Source of the DNA: Octopus vulgaris
Lineage: Eukaryota
Assembly: GCA_951406725.2 (NCBI GenBank)
Contig: OX597824.1
Location: 26,784,001-26,848,000, forward strand
Direction of reading: 5' to 3'
DNA: 64,000 nt
Positions 53,510-64,000 of this stretch are shown piece by piece. The position numbers and the translations under genes are program-made. The notes beneath the pieces were generated by a model, which was given only the letters and a program-made list of their open reading frames with translations, did no database searches and was not told the DNA's origin. The first letter of the stretch is position 1. Every line of letters starts with the position of its first letter.

Positions 53510-53990
<481 letters not shown>

Positions 53991-54807
53991 GTCTAAAGAT
54001 TATCTATCCCTGTATCAATGTCTCCCTTCCTCTGTCCATCCTTGTCACTCACGACCCACCCTTATCTCTATCTAAAAACATTCACACTCATCTACAAATA
54101 TGTGTGTGTGTATTTACATACACGACGCACGCGTGTAAACAATTGAGATAAGCGGACAGACATTGTCTGTGTGAAACTTTTGTTTAAACTTGATAAAACG
54201 CTTATTATAGACACAATGACATTTCTGGAGGGGTATCGGGGGTGCTGATCTGTAGGTGTTGAATGAGGTAGGGGTTGTGGCAGCTTCTTGGAGAGGAAGT
54301 CGAAGAGCGAATTGAGGGTGACAGCGGTGGAGACCTATATGATATTACTACCACTACAACTATTATTACTACTAGTGGTAGCAACAGTAGCAACAGAAAC
54401 ACTAGTAGCCGTAAATTTAACGTTTCCAAATGGTTAAGAAATTCGGCTGTCAATCACAGCGATCTAATTTCTAGTAATTTCTGGGTGAAATTGGGGCAAA
54501 TGGAAATTGTGCAGGTTCCGTAGAATCGATTGTATCTGTAATTCACTGTCTATGTAGTGAAGATGCTCGCTTTCCTTTTTATTATTTTCTTTCATTGTGA
54601 AAGTTATCTGGACGTTAACAGTGTGCGCCATATATTTATTTTTCCAGTGTCATACGATTGAATGTTCAACATTCAATCGTTAATCAATACTAAAACTTCC
54701 ATTTTACTAGCTCTGCTTCTTTGCTCTCGTGTATTTTACACATATGAAACTCAAGTTATGAAAGTATCACATACCCTTTTAATACAGAAAATATTACACA
54801 TTCAATA

Positions 54808-55232
54808 GGCGTAGGAGTGACTATAGGCGTAGGAGTGGCTGTGTGGTAAGTAGCTTGCTTACGAACCACATGGTTCCGGGTTCAGTCCCACTGCGTGGTA
54901 CCTTGGATAAGTGTCTTCTGCTATAGCCTCGGGCCGACCAAAGCCTTGTGAGTGGATTTGGTAGACGGAAACTGAAAGAAACGCGTCGTATATATGTATG
55001 TATATGTTTGTGTGACTGTGTTTGTGTGACTGTGTTTTTCCCCCAACATCGCTTGACAACCGATGCTGATGTGTTTACGTCCCCGTAACTTAGAGGTTCG
55101 GCAAAAAAGAGACCGATAAAATAAGTACAAGGCTTACAAAGAATAAGTCCTGGGGTCGATTTAATCGACTAAAGGCGGTGCTCCAGCATGGCCACAGCCA
55201 CATGACTGAAACAAGTAAAAGAGTAAAAGAGT
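54808..55232 (+). mobile_element. SINE family A, full length with 8-bp TSD and duplicated 5' end
   Basis: A-box-like tggctgtgtgg, B-box-like ggttcagtccc, TSD attcaata at 54800-54807 and 55233-55240. Confidence 0.87.
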
Positions 55233-56225
55233 ATTCAATATATGCTGTTTGTGCTCCATACATTTATCCACTTGTCATACGTAGAACATCGGTTACTAGT
55301 CAACACTAAAACTTCATTTATACTAGTTCCGCTTTCTTGCTTTCGTGTGTTTTACACATATGATACTCAAAGTATGAAAATACTGCATATTTTTTTCGTA
55401 TTTATAGAAAACATCACGTGTTCACTCTAACTGAACAAATAAACACTTCACACGTTTTCTAATTTTTTGTAATCTTTAGTTGCAATCAGTCTGTCACATA
55501 TTAAGGAATAATCATATTTCTATGTGTTTAGAAACATTTAAAAATATTCTTCAACGCATCCATTTGAGATATACAAACTGGATCTGAAGATATTAATGCT
55601 TTCATTTTGTATATAGTCGTCATTAAAATTTAAATAATGTTTCTCCTTTTGTTTGTTTTCTCTGTGAAATATGTAATTTTTTTTCATTTTTATTGGAGAA
55701 CGTGTTGCGGCATATTCATAACAATATCTTGTTTTGCAAGTAACATGAATAAGAAAATAATTGTCTCTAAATAAAAATAGAAACCTCATTTTGTACTTTT
55801 GCCGAACCTTGTGTTTGAAGGAAGCTTTCAAAGTTGAACAGTTATCTGCATAGAAGTAGTTTGTTTAAGAAAAAAGCCAACAAAAACCACTCTATTTTCT
55901 CAAGTAAAATATTTCACGTCGGTGAGCGACTGGTAAACAGCGTTTACTCAGCTCAGTAGTGAATAATAGACATTTCTAATATAGGCACAAGGCCTGAAAT
56001 CTTGGAGGAAGGGGTAGTCAGTCCCAAAACCCTCGTTCTTGATTGGTATTCATATTATCGACCCCAGAAGGATGAAAAAGTCGACTCGGTGGACTTTGAA
56101 CTCCGAACGTAAAGCATAAAAAGAAAAATGCCGCTAAACATTTTGCCCAGCTTGTTAACGAATCAGCCATCTTGCCGATAGTGAACAATAATAACAACAA
56201 CAACAACAGCAACAACAACAATAAC

Positions 56226-56276
<51 letters not shown>

Positions 56277-56280
<4 letters not shown>

Positions 56281-56831
56281 GCCCTGATGCAGTACCAGGC
56301 AGTGGTTCTTATGGCTTCTAATCTTAACTGATTGGAAGTGTTATCATGCACATTGTTTTGTCTTGGTATAAAAGATGGGCTACAGCAAATATTCTGCTCA
56401 ATACCACAGATTTGCTTGTCAGTTTTTTTTACCTTAACCAGTTGAGCATGTCCCCTGGTAGCGGACGATCTGTGCATCTCTGATCACGAGCAGAAGTAGT
56501 GGGGGAGCATTATAGCCATGTGTTGAGAGGAATTTTTTAGGGCTTTGATAATTCACTTCTGGAAACATGGGCGTTTTGTTCATCATCCTTAAACAACCCT
56601 TATTCAGGGGACCTTTTGATCGGGATGGGCTACTCGACCCGAAGAAAATTCTAACAGGGCCCCATCTGCAAGGTCATGCGCTGATTATCTGAGATCATCA
56701 TGTCGTGCACATATTGTTGTGATGCATGTGCCTGACGTGCCCTTATCAGACGGGAGGTCATGATAAGTATACTGGGCTTCGTATATTTTACCCCAGTGTC
56801 ACTTTCATGGCATGCACTGCTCACTCACTCA
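56277..56831 (+). mobile_element. ~550-bp non-coding element embedded in (AAT)n, copy 1 (orientation inferred)
   Basis: aatgccctgatgcagtaccaggcagtgg...gcactgctcactcactc, flanked by (aat)n on both sides; reverse complement of 58300-58839 and 59064-59603. Confidence 0.75.
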
Positions 56832-56837
56832 ATGATG

Positions 56838-56920
<83 letters not shown>

Positions 56921-57193
56921 GATGATGATGGTGATGATGATGATGCTGATGATGATGATAATGAAAATTGCAATTCACATGGTTATTCGCAAAAAGATAT
57001 AACCCCACCACCATCACTAAAATTATTTTAAAACAAAGCTACACAATTTTCCTTTTTTATATTACATTATTGATTTCTGTTAATTATATAGTGTTAATTA
57101 TTAATTAACAATACTAGATTTATGTGCGTGTGTGTGTATGTGCGTTCGTGCGTGCTTGTGTGTGTCTTTTGTGTGTGTTATGTAGATTATATA

Positions 57194-57230
57194 TTTTTTT
57201 TCTTCCTCTCATTTTTCCTTTCAGGTAAGT
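57194..57230 (+). other. Candidate recursive splice site (3' splice site abutting a consensus 5' splice site)
   Basis: ttttttttcttcctctcatttttcctttCAG|GTAAGT, with the junction between 57224 and 57225. Confidence 0.55.
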
Positions 57231-57651
57231 AAAGCTCGCTTCAGCAATTGTTTAAAATATACATAATGAAATTACTCAGACGAATTGTAGCAAAGAGACA
57301 AGATTTAAACACAGACAAGCCATTGATTGAAGTGTGAGGAAAATAAGATGCGTAAAAGATTTGTGCAGAGCCTAAAAGAAAACAAGCAACAACAATAATG
57401 GTTTGATAAGCTGAAAAAAAAAGAAGAGAAAGGATATACTTGCAAACGCCAAACACCACAGATCTTTTAAAGTATCTTTGCTAATGAAATTGCGTGTTTT
57501 GATGTTAGTTTATGACTTATTTATTTATGTTTTTTGTTTTAAAAAAATAGATAGATTAATTAATGTAATTAATTATTTGAAGACTTTATTTAGTGACTTG
57601 GTAAGTGTCATGTACCGTATATTATAGAAGGTTTCGATTGATTTTTCTCAG

Positions 57652-57729
57652 TCATCATCATCATCATTCTCATCATCATCATCATCATCATCATCGTCAT
57701 CGTCATCATCATCATCATCATCATCATCG

Positions 57730-57796
<67 letters not shown>

Positions 57797-58131
57797 CCTC
57801 CTCCTCCTCCTCCTCATCGTCGTCGTTATCATCATCACCGCCATTATCGTCATTTCTATCACCGTCATCTGTTGTCGTCATCGTCGTTATCGTTGTCGTC
57901 ATCGACATCACCATCATCGCATTCAACACTATCGTCGTCGTTGTCATTGTCATCATCATCATTGTCGTCATCGTTATCATCGTCGTCGTCGTCGTCATCA
58001 TAATCATCATTATTGTCATCGTCGTCCCCGTCGTCATGCGTCGCTTTCGTCGTCGTCATTATCATCATTCCTCCTCATCCTCATTATTGCTGAATTCGCC
58101 ATTTTAAGCGACGTAAATTCCAGGACTGCTT

Positions 58132-58205
<74 letters not shown>

Positions 58206-58299
58206 TCTTCTTCTTCTTCTTCTTCTTCTTCTTCTTCTTCTTCTTCTTCTTCTTCTTCTTTTTCTTCTTCTTCTTCTTCTTCTTCTTCTTATTATTATT
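57652..58299. repeat. Compound (CAT/CGT/TAT/CTT)n microsatellite region
   Basis: Visible periodicity. Confidence 0.88.
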
Positions 58300-58839
58300 G
58301 AGTGAGAGAGCAGGGCATGCCAACAGAGTGACACTGGGGTAAAATATACAAAGTCCAGTATACCCATCATGACTACCCGTCTGATAAGGGTACACTAGGC
58401 ACATGAATCACAACTATGTATGCGCGACATGGTGATCTCATATCAAGAGAAACAGCACATGACCTTGTAGGTGGGGCCCAGTTAGAATTTTCTTCTGGTC
58501 GAGTAGCCCATCCCGCTAAAAAGGTCCCTGAATAAGGCTTGTTTCATGATGTTTAACGAAACACCCATGCTTCCAGATGTGAATTATTCAAGCCCCAAAG
58601 AATCCCTCTCAACACATGGCTATGATGCACCCCAACTACTTCTATTCGTGATCAGAGATGCACATATCGTCAGCCACTAAGGGACATGCTCAACTGGTTA
58701 CGGTCAAACAATTGACAAGCAAATCTGTAGTATTGAGCAGAATATTTGATGTAGCCCATCTTTTATACCAAGACAAAACAATGTAGATGATAGCACTTCC
58801 AATCAGTTAAGATCAGAAGCCATGAAGGCCACTGCCTGG
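58300..58839 (-). mobile_element. (AAT)n-embedded element, copy 2
   Basis: Inverted homolog of 56277-56831, truncated at gccactgcctgg. Confidence 0.75.
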
Positions 58840-58881
58840 CTGTTGTTGTTGTTGTTGTTGCTGTTGTTGTTGTTGTTGTTG

Positions 58882-59012
<131 letters not shown>

Positions 59013-59018
59013 ATTATA

Positions 59019-59063
<45 letters not shown>

Positions 59064-59603
59064 GACTGAGAGAGCAGTTCATGCCATCAAAGTGACACTG
59101 GGGTAAAATATACAACGTCCAGTATACCCATCATGACTACCCGTCTGATAAGGGTACACTAGGCACATGAATCGCAACCATGTATGCGCGACATGGTGAT
59201 CTCATATCAAGATAAACAGCACATGACCTTGTAGGTGGGGCCCAGTTAGAATTTTCTTCTGGTCGAGTAGCCCATCCCGCTCAAACGGTCCCTGAATAAG
59301 GGTTGTTTAAGGATGTTGAAAGAACCACCCATGTTTCCAGAGGTGAACTAATCAAACCCCAAAGAATCCCTCTCAACACATGGCTATGATGCACCCCAAC
59401 TACTTCTGCTCGTGATCAGAGATGCACATATCGTCAGCCACTAAGGGACATGCTCAACTGGTTAAGGTCAAACAATTGACAAGCAAATCTGTAGTATTGA
59501 GCAGAATATTTGCTGTAGCCCATCTTTTATACCAAGACAAAACAATGTAGATGATAGCACTTCCAATCAGTTGAGATCAGAAGCCATGAGGGCCACTGCC
59601 TGG
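59064..59603 (-). mobile_element. (AAT)n-embedded element, copy 3
   Basis: Tandem with copy 2; same truncation point followed by the same ctgttgttgtt junction. Confidence 0.75.
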
Positions 59604-59678
59604 CTGTTGTTGTTGTTGTTGTTGTTGCTGTTGTTGTTGTTGTTGTTATTATTATTATTATTATAATTATTATTATTA

Positions 59679-59745
<67 letters not shown>

Positions 59746-59893
59746 CATTATTATTATTATTATTATTATTATACCAGCATTCAGTTACGAGTTTGCCAGC
59801 GTTATTATTTTTAATGTTTCTTATTTAGAAACACAAGGGCACACATATACAAATACGTTGCTTGATACATATATAAAAAAAAATATTAAAGAT

Positions 59894-60207
59894 TGGCACT
59901 CCGTCGCTTACGACAACTAGTGTTCCAGTTGATCCGATCAGCGGAGCAGCCTGCTCATCAAATTAACGGGCAAGTGGCTGAGAACTCCACAGACATGCGT
60001 ACCCTTAACGTAGTTATCTGGGATATTCAGCATGACACAGAGTGTGACAGGGCTAGCTCTTTGAAATACAAGAACTACTCAATTTTTCCAGATGAGTGGA
60101 CCGGTGCAAAAAGAAATAAAGTGACTTGCTTAAGGACACAACGTGCCAGTGGTTATTGAACTCACGACTATATGATCATGAGCCAGGTGCCCTAACCACT
60201 AAGCCAC
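59894..60207 (-). mobile_element. Old SINE with a family-D-like head/body and a family-C-like tail
   Basis: gcactccgtcgcttacgac...caagtggctgagaactccacagac (C tail) joined to gagtggacc...ttgcttaaggacacaacg...ccctaaccactaagccac (D-like). Confidence 0.55.
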
Positions 60208-60349
60208 TTCTATACACAGATATATATATGCCTGTGTGTGTTTGTATTTACATGCATGTGTGTGTGTGTGTATATACACATGCATACATACAAATATACA
60301 TATATTTGTACATACATACATACATACATACATACATACATACATACAC

Positions 60350-60437
<88 letters not shown>

Positions 60438-60504
60438 GAAGAAGAATTGGTGTACTTTTAGATGTGTCACAATAGATTCTTTTCAAAAACTTTAGAAGTA
60501 TTAC

Positions 60505-60545
<41 letters not shown>

Positions 60546-61095
60546 CGTGTGTGTATATATATGTATGTATGTATTCATACTGTTTTCTGTTTTTCTATCA
60601 TATTAGCGCGGCATAAGGAAGTTTGATATAATTATTGCACGCTAGGACAGTGTTCTTTAAGTACGAGAGAGTCTCCAAGTGAAGAACGGTGTCTTTTGTG
60701 GCAAGTTCTTCATTTGATGTTCGCCTAAGCATTAGTCAATTAGTTTACCAAATGCTTATTATTTACTTTTCTAGGGATAGAGAGAGGGGGGAGAGAGAGA
60801 GGGGAGTAAGGAGGAAGAAAATCGGGGCAAAGAAAAGTTTATGTGATGTGTCCGCGCGCGCGTGTTTGCGTACGCAGGTATGTATATATGTACATACGTG
60901 CATCTATGTACACATGATGCAGATTAAAACTAATATGTGTATACACCCGCACCACACACATACATAAACCTATTTGTTAATAAACCTTCAGTTTCTTTGC
61001 ATATTACGTATATGTACGCTCGTGTACGTGTGTGTGTGTGTATCAACGTCAGCTTATACGCGTAATATACGCAGATACTGAAGGTTGTTTAACAA

Positions 61096-61160
<65 letters not shown>

Positions 61161-61475
61161 AAAGGAGGAAGAGAGAGCGAGAGAGAGAAATAGAGAGAGG
61201 GAGAGGGAGTGTGAGCGAGAGAGAAAAAGAGAAAGTATGATATATCAACCCAGAAGAATGTTAGAAGAACAAAGTCAAAGACAGCAATAATTTCGGTTCC
61301 AACAAATCTAGAAGGTATATTTCCGTATACAGTTTTGTCACAACGGAAGACATACGGCACCCCTTTGCTTGCTTCATATGTCCTATGATCACAGGAGGCT
61401 GTGGTTAGATAAGTTTTTCTTAATCCGAAACCTTCTAAAGCCACATATATATGTATGTATGCATGCATGTATGTG

Positions 61476-61545
<70 letters not shown>

Positions 61546-62415
61546 ATGGCATGAAAGACAAACAGAAATACAAAAATTAAAGATCATGACAAAATACATC
61601 AAAGAAACCATATTTAAAGAATGTCATCTACGTAAGAATGACAAGAAAAAGTGTAAGCAAAAATGGCGTCCACGAAACACAGCGACAATAACAGCAACAA
61701 TAACTGTAGGAAAAAACAGCTGGCTTTTAAAAATATAAAACGAGATCGAATCTTTCTCGATAGAAATATAAATGTCTTTGGAGATTTCGGTAATGGAATT
61801 GACAAGCATGAAAATCAGAAAATATTTAACCTTACCGTTTTATGGTAGGTACTTGAATATATAATTATATGTATGTGTGTGTGTGTATGTGTGTGTACGT
61901 GTGTGTGCTTGTATATATTTTTATCTGAGTATATATACAGATGAATGCATGTTTGCGTGTATGTATATATGATGTATTTGTATACACACACACACACACA
62001 CACACAAATATACACATATATATATATATGTAGATATGTATGTATATATGTATGTATGTACATATATATGCATATGAATACATACATATGTTTGTGTGTG
62101 TGCTTGTATATATTTTTATGTGAGTATATATATTTATACAGATGAATGTATGTATGTATATATGATGTATTTGTATATATATATGTGTGTGTGTGTGTAT
62201 GTATATATATATATACAGATATATACATGTATATACACACACGTAGTCACACATATAAATACATAAAGATATGCGTGTATTTATGTGTATGCTTATCATA
62301 TCATATATATATATTATATATATGCTTATATATATGTAAACATTTGAGTATATATACTTACCAGAACACTCTTTTACACAATTACATACTCCGTATGTGA
62401 GTGTATGTGTGTATA

Positions 62416-62476
<61 letters not shown>

Positions 62477-62591
62477 ATGCATATTGTGTGTGTGTGTATA
62501 ATATATACATAGACAGATACATATGCATACACACATACACTCACATACTCACACACACGCACGCGCGCACACACACATACATTTATATAAG

Positions 62592-62624
<33 letters not shown>

Positions 62625-63055
62625 ATGTGTGTGTATGTGTGTACGTGTGTATACACTCAGATGTCACGGTTCATAGTTGCATCTATATTAAAATCAGAAG
62701 ACAAAAGTTGGCAAAACTTGTCAATCAAACATGGACTGTATTTTTGGTGTTTCCTATGTGTATATATATATATGTGAATATCCATATCATATAAACATAT
62801 ACTTTCATGTGTGAGTGTGTGTATAAGTATATATGTATATATGTATATACACGCACATATATGGCCTTTGTTGCCAGTTGAATCCTTACGTAAGCAACTG
62901 TTGTTATTTGTATTTTATATGTGGATTAGATAAAAATATGAAGATAAAACTAGTGATATACGGAAAGAACGATAGACAGACCGACAAATAGAATGCTGGG
63001 TAGTTGTATAGATAGATAGAGAGATAGATTGATAGATAAATCGATAGACAGACAG

Positions 63056-63186
<131 letters not shown>

Positions 63187-63730
63187 TCGATAGACAGATA
63201 GATAGATAGTTTGGAAGGTAAATTGTTACATAGATATATTGATATATGGATAGATAGAGAGACAAATAGACAGATATTTGGATAGAAAGATAGATTGAAA
63301 GATAGATCAGGTAGATGTCAGTAATAGATAGGTCGCTAGACTGGTAAATGAATAGATAGATAGATGGTTAGATAGATAAATATATAGGTAGATATATAGG
63401 TAGATAACAGAGAGAAAGAAAAAGAGAGACAGACAGAGAGACAGAGAGACTGATAGACAGACAAATAGATAGATAAATAGATAGATATTCCTCAATATGA
63501 AAAAATTTCATTCATGGCTATCGCATGTTAGATAATGTAATCTGAGACTTTAGCTAAAATACGCTTCCTCGTTAAAAAAGAAACAAAATATTGTCTCAGT
63601 TATGTCTGTGTGTGACAAGGGGTTTCTTCGCAACCACATGATTTCGGGTTCAGGTGTTTTCTAATATAGCCAAAGCCGATCAAAGCTTTGTGAGGTGATA
63701 TTGTGGGCGGAAACTGGAAGAAGCCCGTAG

Positions 63731-63762
<32 letters not shown>

Positions 63763-63967
63763 CATACATACATACATACATACATACGTACGTACATACA
63801 TACATACATGCATGCATACATACGTACGTACGTACATACATACATACATACATACATACATACATACTTACGTACATGCATAGATCCATAGATCCATACA
63901 TCCATCCATCCATACAAACATACATAAACACACATACGCACACACACATATGTATATGCATATATAT

Positions 63968-63998
<31 letters not shown>

Positions 63999-64000
63999 TA

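Noticed and set aside
58330-58400. Twister or hammerhead ribozyme in the (AAT)n-embedded element (ctgataag; ctgggg...ccag)
   Set aside because: Local hairpins exist, but the required core elements and pseudoknots could not be assigned by eye

Overview
AT-rich eukaryotic DNA saturated with microsatellites: (TA)n, (CA)n, (GA)n, (TATC)n, (CAT)n and (AAT)n. The repeat complement looks like an octopus (coleoid cephalopod) genome, which is an inference from the SINE families, and the window is most likely intronic or intergenic. No intact protein-coding gene is visible, and nearly all listed ORFs are microsatellite or SINE translations. Real coding remnants are all transposon relics: a Penelope-like element (RT plus GIY-YIG, inverted pLTR), a Tx1/L1-type AP endonuclease, two CR1-group LINE 3' ends and an internally deleted mariner. 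There are at least four tRNA-derived SINE families, MITEs, a Helitron-like element and a 550-bp (AAT)n-embedded element. Most notable: (1) two unrelated families of minimal type I hammerhead-ribozyme motifs that share a non-canonical CCGACGA core, sit in (TA)n tracts, and include two copies only about 190 nt apart; (2) a textbook recursive-splicing site (pyrimidine tract-CAG|GTAAGT) inside the loop of a 540-bp inverted repeat; (3) a LINE whose 3' tail matches the dominant SINE, with covarying stem bases; (4) an inverted templated copy of a putative splice-donor region. All calls were made by eye, and many repeat boundaries are approximate.
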